Shown here: piece by piece, positions 9,562 through 18,689 of the stretch | Layout: every line of letters starts with the position of its first letter | Numbering within the stretch: position 1 is the first letter of the stretch | Assembly (NCBI GenBank): GCA_017744495.1 | Contig: JAGIBE010000235.1 | Location: 4,154-68,153, forward strand | Origin: Caulobacter sp. | Lineage (GTDB): Bacteria > Pseudomonadota > Alphaproteobacteria > Caulobacterales > Caulobacteraceae | Reading direction: 5' to 3' | DNA: 64,000 nt | Made by a program: the position numbers and the translations under genes | The notes under the pieces: model-generated | The model's input: only the letters and a program-made list of their open reading frames with translations | What the model was told of the DNA's origin: nothing | The model's database searches: none

Positions 9562-10563
9562 TCAGGGCTTGGCCGCGAAGACGGTCTTCCAGTCGCTCTT
9601 CATGCTGACGACCGTCCAGCCGCGAGCGCCGGCTTCATCCAGCGCCTTGTCCAGCTTGCCGATCTTCGATTGGCGGTCGTAGGCGTATTCACGGATACCG
9701 TCGTCGTGGTGGATCAGGATCTGCAAGTTGGGGCGCTGGCTGGAGGCGGAGTATTGCAGCATCTCCAGATCGCCGTCGGAATTGCCAACCGCCACGAGAG
9801 GGGCGCGGCCGATGTGGAGGTCGATATTGGCGGGTTTGCCGGGGCCGTCATCCATGCTGGCCAGCGCGGGCTGGGCGACCAGAACCCCCTTCCCTTCCCG
9901 AAGCTCGAACTTGGTCGTCATGCTGGTGCCGATCACCTGCTCGGGCGGCACGCCGTAGACCTGTTCAGCGAAGGTCCGCATGAACTGCACCTCCCCACCG
10001 GAGACGATGTAGGTCTTGAACCCGTAGGCGCGCAGATAGGCCAGAAGCTCCAGCTGCGGCTGATAGGTCAGAGCGGTGTAGGGCATGTGGAAGCGCGGAT
10101 GCCGGGCCTGGTCGAGCCAGGCCTTCGCGACCGCTTGATATTCTCTGGTCGTCAGGCCGATCTGGACGGCGAAGACCGCCTCGACCAGATCCTTTTCGCT
10201 CAGCTTGGCCATGGCGGCCTGGTCCCGGTCGGCGATCGCGGCGAAGGCCGGCTTCTGGCGCAGCGACGGGTCCTTGGCCACCATCTGCCCGATCCGTTCC
10301 ATCGCGAAGGCGAACTGGAAATAGATGGGCTGCTCGGCCCATAGCGTACCGTCGTTGTCGAACACCGCGATGCGCTCGGCCGGAGGCACGAAGTCGGGGC
10401 CCGGGCCGGTGACCTTCCCGACATAGGCGGTGATGGCGGTCTTGGCGGGGCCGGTGTTCCACGACGGCAGGGGATCGGTGGGCGCCGCGAGCCCCGGTGC
10501 GGCGGCCAGCGTCCATGAAGCGGCGAAGCCGACCAGGACGGCTCTGCGATTGGAAAGGAACAT
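9562..10563 (-). CDS. HAD family phosphatase with probable Tat signal
   Basis: SNRRAVLVG...GLAA leader; FDNDGTLW (motif I), VSGG, GNSDGD, HHDD..REYAYD. Confidence 0.9.
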   Translation of the reverse strand: MFLSNRRAVLVGFAASWTLAAAPGLAAPTDPLPSWNTGPAKTAITAYVGKVTGPGPDFVPPAERIAVFDNDGTLWAEQPIYFQFAFAMERIGQMVAKDPSLRQKPAFAAIADRDQAAMAKLSEKDLVEAVFAVQIGLTTREYQAVAKAWLDQARHPRFHMPYTALTYQPQLELLAYLRAYGFKTYIVSGGEVQFMRTFAEQVYGVPPEQVIGTSMTTKFELREGKGVLVAQPALASMDDGPGKPANIDLHIGRAPLVAVGNSDGDLEMLQYSASSQRPNLQILIHHDDGIREYAYDRQSKIGKLDKALDEAGARGWTVVSMKSDWKTVFAAKP

Positions 10564-10586
10564 GACGCCTCCCGGACCGGTGATCC

Positions 10587-11231
10587 TCACGCGGTGAGCT
10601 TGAGTTGAAGGATGGGCAGGTTGGCGACCATCAGCGCGCTGAGCACACAAACGACGAACGCCAGGGCCACCAGGGCGCCCTTGATCGAGGTGGCCTTGAA
10701 AGTCTGAGCGATGCCGCCGAAGAACAGCGCCACGGCCAGCAGCACGGTCGCGCGCACGAAACGGTCACCGATGTCGTTGTCGCGCTGTCCCCGATTGAAC
10801 AGGTCATCGGCCTGCTTCTGCAGGCGTTGGGCTTCGGCCAGCCGTGCCGAATGGTATTCGGGCATGACGAAGGGCGAGGCCGGCGCGGCGGGGTTGATCA
10901 GCGGTTCAGTTCGCAGCCAGGCCTCGAAGGCCTTGGCGAATTCGGGACGGAACCGCTGGCGATAGAACGCCTGCAGGATCGGCTCGTTCTGAGCCGCGGC
11001 GCCGAGCCAGCCCTGAAACATCAACAGGTCGGCCGTCTGCAGCTGTCCGCCTTCGGTGATCGCGCTGCTCGCCTCCACCCGGGCCGCTCCGGCCTGGGCG
11101 TAGTGCGCGGCCTGCTCGCCGTCCCACAACGCGGCCTGGAAGCCGACCCAGGAGGTCATGGCGGCGGCCAGGGAGATGACCACGGCGGCTGCGACCTCGA
11201 CGACCCAGGCGCGATCGAACCGTTCGCTCAT
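10587..11231 (-). CDS. Hypothetical membrane protein (DUF4337-like, 3 TM)
   Basis: One N-terminal and two C-terminal hydrophobic helices flanking a helical soluble region; ATGA-type overlap with the upstream gene. Confidence 0.7.
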   Translation of the reverse strand: MSERFDRAWVVEVAAAVVISLAAAMTSWVGFQAALWDGEQAAHYAQAGAARVEASSAITEGGQLQTADLLMFQGWLGAAAQNEPILQAFYRQRFRPEFAKAFEAWLRTEPLINPAAPASPFVMPEYHSARLAEAQRLQKQADDLFNRGQRDNDIGDRFVRATVLLAVALFFGGIAQTFKATSIKGALVALAFVVCVLSALMVANLPILQLKLTA

Positions 11232-11599
11232 GCCCGCGTCCTCTCATCTTCCGCCCCATCCTTGTCGGGATCGAATTCCTGCATGTCCTTTTCCAGGAAG
11301 TAGTTCAGGACGGTGCGGATCAGGGCGATGGCCCCCAAGCGTCCGATGTCGTCCCAGGTCGGCGAGATGGCGGTGCGGACGATGTCGGCGGCCAGGGCGA
11401 ACTCGAGCGCCAGTACGATCCATCGCGCGAACTGGGCCCAGAGTTCACGTCGAGCCTGGCGCGAAGGACCATTCCGACCGGCCAGGGCGACACCGGCCTG
11501 AACCAGGGTTTCCACCATGCCGACCGCGATGCACAACACCGAACACAGCTCGGCGGCGAGCGCGACATAGCTGGCGCATTCGCGCAGCAGCAGTTCCAT
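11228..11599 (-). CDS. DUF1622 family membrane protein
   Basis: LALEFALAADIVRTAISPTWDDIGRLGAIALIRTVLNYFL signature. Confidence 0.9.
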   Translation of the reverse strand: MELLLRECASYVALAAELCSVLCIAVGMVETLVQAGVALAGRNGPSRQARRELWAQFARWIVLALEFALAADIVRTAISPTWDDIGRLGAIALIRTVLNYFLEKDMQEFDPDKDGAEDERTRA

Positions 11600-11863
11600 G
11601 GACAACCTCGGGATAAACGCCTTCGAGGAATGTCAGCAAAGGGCGTTCACGCCGCCCGCGCTATCCGGCGAAGCGCCGAGGAGGGCCGGGAGAAACCTGC
11701 ATGAACGGCCGGATCGATAGGGAATCCCCCCCCTCAACTCGGGTGATCGCCGGATCGATCAGCGCCCCCGCTCATGATCACTTTTGAAATCTCGCGATGA
11801 AGGTGGATCCGCGAATGTTGCGTCCGCCGTCGATTTCAAATGACCGAGGAGGTGGGGAACAGG

Positions 11864-12838
11864 ATGAAGAGTTTCGACAATTCCGCCCCCTCCTCAAAGA
11901 CTTGGCGAAAACCGCTGAGAGAGGCGATGGTCTGGATTCCGGGCGGTGTCTTCACCATGGGATCCGACGATCACTATCCCGAGGAGCGGCCGGCGCGTCG
12001 GGTCTCCGTCGACGGATTCTGGATCGACCCCCATCCTGTCACTAACCGCCAGTTCGCCCAGTTCGTGAACGACACGGGCTACGTCACCTTCGCCGAACTG
12101 CCGCCTGATCCGAAGGATTATCCAGGCGCCGATCCGGCGCTGCTGGTGGCTTCCTCGATGGTGTTCACCCCGCCGCGCGGCGCGGTCGATCTGCGGCATC
12201 ACCTGCAGTGGTGGGCGTTCGTCCCGGGCGCCGACTGGCGACACCCCTACGGCCCGGGCAGCGATCTGCAGGGACTGAGCGACCATCCGGTGGTCCATGT
12301 CGCCTGGGTCGATGTCGTGGCCTATGCCGAGTGGGCGGGGCTTGAGATCCCGACCGAGGCGGAGTGGGAATTCGCGGCGCGCGGCGGGCTGGACGGCGCC
12401 GAATACGCCTGGGGCGACACGTTCCTGCAGGACGGCCGGCACATGGCCAACACCTGGCAAGGCGCGTATCCGCACCAGAACACCTTGGAGGACGGTTGGG
12501 CCCGGACCTCGCCGATCGGCGCCTATCCGTCCAACGGCTACGGCCTCCACGATATGATCGGCAACACCTGGGAGTGGACGGCCGACTGGTGGTCGATACC
12601 GGATGCGACGAGCGCGGCGCCCAGCTGCTGCGCGGCCAAGAACCCGAGGGGCGGGCTCGAGGAGGGCAGCTGCGAGACCGGCGGGCTTCCGATCCCCCGC
12701 AAGGTGCTGAAGGGCGGTTCGCACCTGTGCGCGCCCAGTTACTGCAAGCGCTATCGGCCGGCGGCGAGGCACGCTCAGCCGATCGACACCTCGGCGTCGC
12801 ACGTGGGGTTCCGCTGCATCGTCAGATCCCGCGCCTGA
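11864..12838 (+). CDS. Formylglycine-generating enzyme (SUMF1/FGE)
   Basis: FTMGS, HPVVHVAW, PTEAEWEFAARGG, GNTWEW, KGGSHLCAPSYCKRYRPAAR with both catalytic Cys; start may be 11840 or 11864. Confidence 0.93.
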   Translation: MKSFDNSAPSSKTWRKPLREAMVWIPGGVFTMGSDDHYPEERPARRVSVDGFWIDPHPVTNRQFAQFVNDTGYVTFAELPPDPKDYPGADPALLVASSMVFTPPRGAVDLRHHLQWWAFVPGADWRHPYGPGSDLQGLSDHPVVHVAWVDVVAYAEWAGLEIPTEAEWEFAARGGLDGAEYAWGDTFLQDGRHMANTWQGAYPHQNTLEDGWARTSPIGAYPSNGYGLHDMIGNTWEWTADWWSIPDATSAAPSCCAAKNPRGGLEEGSCETGGLPIPRKVLKGGSHLCAPSYCKRYRPAARHAQPIDTSASHVGFRCIVRSRA

Positions 12839-12855
12839 GCCGCTCGGAGGCGACC

Positions 12856-13785
12856 ATGACCAAAGTCCCGCTACCGAGTTGGTCCGACACCTCGCCCAGG
12901 CGGAAGATCCTGGATTTCGTGGCGCGCGTCACCCGCCCCGGCGGCCGCGACTACGTGGCGCCCGCGGACCGGATCGCCGTGTTCGACAACGACGGCACCT
13001 TGTGGGTGGAGCATCCGCTCTACGCTCAGGGCATGTTCGCCCTGGACCGCGCCAAGACCATGGCGGCGTCCCATCCCGAACTGGCCGCCAAGCCGGTCTT
13101 CCAGGCGTTCCTGAACCAGGACATGGCGGGGCTCGCGGCCTGTGGAAAGCAGGAAGTGGTCGAGCTCCTGCTGCAACTGCACGCCCACGCCACCGAGGAG
13201 TCGTTCGCGCTCGAGCTGGCTACCTGGCTGACCGAGGCCAGGCACCCGCGCTTCGACAGGCCCTACCCTGCCCTCGCCTATCAGCCCATGCGGGAGTTGT
13301 TGGCCTATCTGGCGGCCAATGATTTCCGCAATTTCATCGTGACGGCCGGCGGCGTGGACATGGTCCGGAGTTTCTGCGAGCAGGCCTACGGCGTTCCGCG
13401 CGAGCGCGTGATCGGCTCCAGCGGTAAGACGGAGTTCCGGCTGAACGGTCGTCGCGGCGAGATCCGCAAATTGCCCGAGCTGCAGTCGTTCAACGAGTAC
13501 GCGGAAAAGCCGGTCAACATCGCCCTGCACATCGGTCGGCGGCCGATCCTGGCGTTCGGCAATTCCGACGGCGACCTGGCGATGCTGGAATACACCGCCT
13601 CGGGGCCTGGCCGCCGGCTGCCCATGCTGCTGCATCACGACGACGCCGAGCGTGAATACGCTTATGACAAGGACACCCATGTCGGGAAGCTGGACGTGGC
13701 TCTCAGCACGGCGATCGAGCGGGGTTGGACGGTCGTCAGCATGAAGGACGACTGGTCTCGGCTGTTCCGCGACAAGACCCTCTAG
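12856..13785 (+). CDS. HAD family phosphatase, cytoplasmic paralogue
   Basis: GGAGG RBS; FDNDGTLW, GNSDGD, HHDDAEREYAYD; no signal peptide. Confidence 0.9.
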   Translation: MTKVPLPSWSDTSPRRKILDFVARVTRPGGRDYVAPADRIAVFDNDGTLWVEHPLYAQGMFALDRAKTMAASHPELAAKPVFQAFLNQDMAGLAACGKQEVVELLLQLHAHATEESFALELATWLTEARHPRFDRPYPALAYQPMRELLAYLAANDFRNFIVTAGGVDMVRSFCEQAYGVPRERVIGSSGKTEFRLNGRRGEIRKLPELQSFNEYAEKPVNIALHIGRRPILAFGNSDGDLAMLEYTASGPGRRLPMLLHHDDAEREYAYDKDTHVGKLDVALSTAIERGWTVVSMKDDWSRLFRDKTL

Positions 13786-13805
13786 ACGGCTCCACCTTAA
13801 GAGCA

Positions 13806-13835
13806 ACGGCCCGTCGACCGGAGTCGGCGGGCCGT
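13806..13835. terminator. Stem-loop between convergent genes
   Basis: ACGGCCCGTCGAC-CGGA-GTCGGCGGGCCGT, 13-bp stem with one G.T pair. Confidence 0.6.
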
Positions 13836-13857
13836 ATGAAACCGTCCAGACGATCGG

Positions 13858-14283
13858 CTACTTCTTGCGGGCCGCCTTTTCGGCCGCATTGGCTTCCGAT
13901 CGCGTGACGAAGCCGTCGTGGTTCGTGTCGAACGTGGCGAACCGCGGGCCGTAGTAGGCGTCGATCTCGGTGGGTGTGACGGAGCCGTCCTTGTTGGTGT
14001 CGAGAATATCGAACAGTCCGGCCTTGCCGATCTTCGGCCAGCCGTCGACCCCTTCGTCGCGGACCTGGGCCTTCACCAGTTCCGCGCCCTTTGTCCACTC
14101 GTCACGACTTAGCTTGCCGTCCTTGTTCCGGTCGGAGCGCATCAAGAAGTTTCGGCGGCTGTCCTGGTATTCCTTCTGCGTCACCTTGCCGTCCTTGTTG
14201 GCGTCGGCGAGCAGTTGCTGCGCGTTCGCGGCGGACGCCGAGAGCAGCGCCACGGCGGTGATGAGAACCAGTTTACGCATCAT
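13858..14283 (-). CDS. Secreted EF-hand calcium-binding protein
   Basis: Signal peptide ending ANA; four loops DANKDGKVTQKE, DRNKDGKLSRDE, DTNKDGSVTPTE, DTNHDGFVTRSE. Confidence 0.9.
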   Translation of the reverse strand: MMRKLVLITAVALLSASAANAQQLLADANKDGKVTQKEYQDSRRNFLMRSDRNKDGKLSRDEWTKGAELVKAQVRDEGVDGWPKIGKAGLFDILDTNKDGSVTPTEIDAYYGPRFATFDTNHDGFVTRSEANAAEKAARKK

Positions 14284-14371
14284 ACAAGCCTCCAGGGGAA
14301 AGGGGCCTCGGCCCCGGGGAAGTCGCCGGCTCACGCGATTGGCTCGTCGCGAGAGGGATGCGCGCCGGCCA

Positions 14372-15481
14372 TCAGAAGGCCTCGCCCACATAGAAGTAGA
14401 GGGCCGACGAACCGTCCCCGACGGCGTAATCGACGCTCATATTGAGGTGGTACTTGGTGGACGCCTCGAAGCGGACGCCGATCCCGGCCGCAGGCAACAG
14501 ATCCTTAGTATTGAACTTGGAGAACTCGGGAGCCACCTCGCCGACGCCGGCGAAGGCCACCGCGCCGAAGCGCCCATAGATCTTGCGCCTCATCTCGGCC
14601 TGGACCGCGAACATGGCGTGGTCGCGATATTGCCCGGCGGTATAGCCGCGCAGATCGTTGCTCTGACCGTAGTTGCATAGATCGTAGAAAGGGCCGCCGT
14701 CGGTCGATCGGCAGACGGACCCGCGCCAGGCCACGACGGTCTTGTCGTTGACGTCGTGGTAGCCGTTCACCGCCGCGGTCACTCGGGAATAGTCGAAGTC
14801 GCTGCCCAGGGCGTCGGCCGACACCAGCCATTGGGCGCTGGCGTAGGTTCCCGACCGCGGATAGTACTCGCTGTTGCGGGTGTCGTACTCGATGGCGGGA
14901 CCGAGTTGCGAAACCGTGCTTCGCAGCTCGATGTCAGGTAGTTCGAATTGCGGCAGGAGGCTGGTGGTCTCGAACGTCGAGTCCATCTTGATGTAGCGGA
15001 AACGCAGGCCCGCGTGGACGTGTTGTTTGACGTGGACCAGTCCCTCGACGATCGCGCCGCTGGATTTCTGTTCCAGTTCTATCGACCGCCCGCTGCCGCC
15101 GGCGTCCGAACCGATCCCGAAATAATCGACATTGAAAACCCCGGTCCCGGCTCCGGCCGTGATCCGATATTTGTCACCTCCGAGATAGGCTTTTTGGAAG
15201 GCGGCCACCGCCCAGCTCTTGGAGTCCGTGTAGAGGCCTCCGACGCCGCTGGTCCACGGGCGCGCCGAGCCGCTGGGCTTATACAGCGCCAGTCCCACAA
15301 CGCCCAAGCCGCTGCCGATGGCCGGATTGGACAGAGGGATCGGCATGACGACGAAGCTGGGTTTGATGCTCCCCACCTGTTCGGCCGGGGTCTTCAGCGT
15401 GGTCGCGGAGGTTTCGACGTCCTGCGCCCACAGAGCGGTCGGCGAAGCGACTATGATTCCGCAGAGGAGCAGGCTTCGCAT
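14372..15481 (-). CDS. BamA/TamA (Omp85)-like outer-membrane beta-barrel without POTRA domains
   Basis: Signal peptide; YDTRN, DLRGY (VRGF-like), QAEMR, GIGVRF, C-terminal VGEAF; only 369 aa. Confidence 0.82.
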   Translation of the reverse strand: MRSLLLCGIIVASPTALWAQDVETSATTLKTPAEQVGSIKPSFVVMPIPLSNPAIGSGLGVVGLALYKPSGSARPWTSGVGGLYTDSKSWAVAAFQKAYLGGDKYRITAGAGTGVFNVDYFGIGSDAGGSGRSIELEQKSSGAIVEGLVHVKQHVHAGLRFRYIKMDSTFETTSLLPQFELPDIELRSTVSQLGPAIEYDTRNSEYYPRSGTYASAQWLVSADALGSDFDYSRVTAAVNGYHDVNDKTVVAWRGSVCRSTDGGPFYDLCNYGQSNDLRGYTAGQYRDHAMFAVQAEMRRKIYGRFGAVAFAGVGEVAPEFSKFNTKDLLPAAGIGVRFEASTKYHLNMSVDYAVGDGSSALYFYVGEAF

Positions 15482-15985
15482 GACGGACGGCCTTCAGCAC
15501 GTATCGCGTCAACTTTGGGCGCCGGTCGGGGCTGAACAATCAGGTGAAGTCCTAGCCCCCTTGTGGGAGCAGCAGTACTTTCAAGGCGGAGAGGCCCCAG
15601 CCTCAAGCCGTCGGGGGATTCAGGAGGCACAACTAAGGGTTTTACCGGGTAGATTATAGTGTCCGAGCGCTGCAACCGTGCTTTCGGGTAGAGGGAAGAG
15701 CTGTCGAAAATGCCTAGGGTGATCCAACCGTCATCGGCGCCATGCCTATTGGCGGGGATTGAATGTTTCGCCGAGGTTCCCGGCGGGAAAGCCCTGGCCA
15801 TCGGACGCGGATCTGTCCGATCGCGGCCCACCGAGCTTCGATCCTGAAACTCTTCAAACCAAAGCAATCGCGCGACTAAAGGTTTGGTGGTGGGGTCTCG
15901 TACAACCTTTCGCGGAAATTCAACGAGCATTTCCCCTAAAAGCTGACAATTATAGTTCAAATTACTAGCAGAGCGAGAATCGAAG

Positions 15986-16654
15986 ATGCCCTTGCCCAGC
16001 GCGCCGACCATTCTGCTCGCCGACGATCATTCGATCGTCCGGGCGGGGCTGCGCGAGGCGCTGGAGTCGCAGCCTGGCTGGACCATATGCGGAGAGGCTT
16101 CCAATGGGCGCGACGCCGTCCGCTTGGCCAAGGAGCTGGTTCCGGACGTCATGATCCTGGACATCAGCATGCCCGATCTCAGCGGCGTCATCGTGGCCCG
16201 GGATGTGCGCAAGTTGAAGACTCACACCGAGTTGCTGATCTTCACCATGCACGACAGCGAGCAGCTGGTGCGCGAAGTGTTCAGCGCCGGGGCGCGTGGA
16301 TTCGTGCTCAAGTCGGCCTCGACCGACAATATCATCGCCGCCGTGGCCTCGCTGCTGAACCACAAGCCCTACTTCTGCCCCGGGATCACTGACGCCGTGC
16401 TGCGCGGTTACCTGTCGCCGGGCGGGCATGGGCTTGGGGAAGTCATCGAAGGGTCCGAGACCCTGACGACGCGTGAGCTGCTGATCGTCCAACTCCTCGC
16501 TGAATCTCGCAGCAACAAGGTGATCGCGTCGATGCTCGACATCAGCGTCAAGACCGTCGAGAGCCACCGCGGCAACATCATGCGAAAGCTCGGCGCCCAT
16601 TCGCTGGCCGACATCGTGCGCTATGCGATCCGCAACAAGTTGATCGAGGCCTAG
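15986..16654 (+). CDS. NarL/FixJ family response regulator (REC + LuxR HTH)
   Basis: LADDH, LDISMP phospho-Asp, GFVLK, LTTRE...SNKVIASMLDISVKTVESHRGNIMRKL. Confidence 0.93.
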   Translation: MPLPSAPTILLADDHSIVRAGLREALESQPGWTICGEASNGRDAVRLAKELVPDVMILDISMPDLSGVIVARDVRKLKTHTELLIFTMHDSEQLVREVFSAGARGFVLKSASTDNIIAAVASLLNHKPYFCPGITDAVLRGYLSPGGHGLGEVIEGSETLTTRELLIVQLLAESRSNKVIASMLDISVKTVESHRGNIMRKLGAHSLADIVRYAIRNKLIEA

Positions 16655-16680
16655 CCCCCACCTTTCCGAGGCGCCGCTGA

Positions 16681-17739
16681 ATGCACATTGGCAAGCGCAT
16701 GGCCGGCGGGTTCGATCCGGCGTTCTTCGAGTCCGCGCTGGACGCGTTCACGGCGAACGTCGCGGTCGTCGACCAGACCGGCGAAATCCTGGCGGTCAAC
16801 GACGCTTGGGTGCAATTCATCGATCTCAACGGCATCAAGACCGTCGATCACGGCATAGGCTGCAACTATCTCGGCTTCTGCGATCGGCTGGGAACACCGG
16901 GCGGCGATACCGTGGCGGCCGGCCTGCGCGGCCTGCTCGCCGGCGGGGGCGGTCCCTTCAGGCACGAATATGTCATGCCGTTGGACACCGGGGCGTGCTG
17001 GGTGAAGTTGTCGGCCGTGCGGGTCGGACGTCCCGACCAGCCTTTTTTGATCGTGGCCCACGAGGACATCTCGATCCAGCGGCGCGCCGAGCTGGGCCTG
17101 CGGGAGGCCACGGCCCGCCTGCTCCACGCCGAGGATTCCGAACGGCGGCGTATCGCGCGCGAACTGCATGACAGCACCGCCCAGCACCTGGCGGGCGCCA
17201 AGCTGATGCTGCGGCGGCTGGACGCCAAGGACCCGGTCGGCACGGGCGTGGTCCGCGACGAGGTGTCGGCGCTGCTGTCCAGCGCCTTGGATGAAATCCG
17301 CAGCTTCGCTTATCTGCTCCACCCTCCAGCCCTGGAACATCTGGGGTTGGCGGCGGCGATCCGGCAATTCGCCACCGGCTTCTCGCGGCGCGCCGACGTG
17401 GCGGTGACGATCGACATTCCCGACGATTTCCCCCGACTGTCCCATGCCACGGAGATCGCGCTTTACCGCGTGGTGCAGGAGGCCCTGGCCAACGTCCACA
17501 GCCATTCCGGCAGCCAGCAGGCGCTTGTCAGGCTAAGGATCGCCGGCGAGATGGTGCTGCTCACGGTTCGTGATTTCGGCTCGGGCCTGCCGCCCCGGCG
17601 CGGCGGCGCTTCGGGTGTCGGGCTCGAGGGCATGCGCCTTCGGCTCGAGTTCCTGAAGGGCCATCTGTCGCTGCGCAACGCGGAACCGGGCCTGGCTCTA
17701 GAGGCATGGGTCCCGTTCCTGCCCGAGGGCGACGACTGA
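16681..17739 (+). CDS. Soluble PAS-domain sensor histidine kinase (HisKA_3)
   Basis: PAS-like VAVVDQTGEILAVNDAW; ERRRIARELHD; YRVVQEALANVHSHS; DFGSG; GVGLEGM; no TM helix. Confidence 0.9.
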   Translation: MHIGKRMAGGFDPAFFESALDAFTANVAVVDQTGEILAVNDAWVQFIDLNGIKTVDHGIGCNYLGFCDRLGTPGGDTVAAGLRGLLAGGGGPFRHEYVMPLDTGACWVKLSAVRVGRPDQPFLIVAHEDISIQRRAELGLREATARLLHAEDSERRRIARELHDSTAQHLAGAKLMLRRLDAKDPVGTGVVRDEVSALLSSALDEIRSFAYLLHPPALEHLGLAAAIRQFATGFSRRADVAVTIDIPDDFPRLSHATEIALYRVVQEALANVHSHSGSQQALVRLRIAGEMVLLTVRDFGSGLPPRRGGASGVGLEGMRLRLEFLKGHLSLRNAEPGLALEAWVPFLPEGDD

Positions 17740-17757
17740 TCTTAGGTCCAGATGTGG

Positions 17758-17802
17758 GAGAGCCGGCCCTACACATGCGTCGGGACATGTGGGCCGGCTC
17801 TC
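17758..17802. terminator. Inverted repeat downstream of the kinase
   Basis: GAGAGCCGGCCC ... GGGCCGGCTCTC 12-bp arms plus inner ACATG/CATGT pairing. Confidence 0.55.
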
Positions 17803-17975
17803 GACCCGCAACCACGGCCGCGCTCTTGGGGGATGAGCGAACCGGAGCTTGCCAAGGGAAATCGGGGGTGACGCCTTGACGTGCGAGCAAGGCCAGATTG
17901 CCGCCGCGGTGATGCGAGCGCCATCAGGTCAAACCCTAGGACGAGGCGCAAAAACCCTTATGACCCAGAATTTGC

Positions 17976-18224
17976 TCAGGCCAGATGAACGGAATTCTTG
18001 ATCGTCGTCGTGGCGGCCAGCTTTTGGCGCGCGCGATCGATGGCGTCGTCGAGGAGCTTCAGGAACTCCGACTGCATCCGCATCGACTCGACATCCGACG
18101 CCCTCACCCCATCCAGCGTCGACTGTCGGATTTCTTCGAGCTGTTCGAGCGACAGCGCCGCGCAAAGGCGGAGGCTGAGGAACTGCAGCGCGGCGACTCG
18201 GATCTCAAGATTTGTCATCGGCAT
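17976..18224 (-). CDS. Small helical hypothetical protein
   Basis: MPMTNLEIRVAALQFLSLRLCAAL...FLKLLDDAIDRAR; protein-like amphipathic composition; start uncertain. Confidence 0.5.
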   Translation of the reverse strand: MPMTNLEIRVAALQFLSLRLCAALSLEQLEEIRQSTLDGVRASDVESMRMQSEFLKLLDDAIDRARQKLAATTTIKNSVHLA

Positions 18225-18689
18225 GTCGCTGAGGAGACCGGGGGCGAGCAAATACGGACGGAAAGCACGTTGGTCTTGACGATGATCGACGGTAACCATG
18301 GAGTTCAAGCTGCGCCACGACCGACTCCCCGCAGGCGAATCCCAAGACGACATCGAAGTAGAACGGGCGAAACGTTGTTTGGGTCGTTCACAAGTCTAGT
18401 TAATGCGGCAGAGCGGCTGGAGAAGGGGGCAGCCAGTCGACCGTTAGGGAAATTCCCGGACTGAGCGAACAGCACGCGCATGGCTCGCGAACCATCCTCG
18501 CTACGCGGGGACCGCGCGATAAACACATATGAGTAATGGGTGGGATGTTTCTTCCGGGCCGTCCACCCTTATCGTGGCGTCTTAAGCGATCTGAAATCGG
18601 GCGAACCCCCATACCGCAACAGGAAAACGCCCCACTAGGTGATAGGGGATCAGGCTTTTGCGGCAAACTGTGGAGATTGTGCCACGGAC

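Noticed and set aside
7809-9608. 599-aa plus-strand ORF
   Set aside because: Antisense to the sulfatase
15759-15968. 69-aa ORF upstream of the response regulator
   Set aside because: TTG start, atypical codon usage, no motif; more likely promoter DNA
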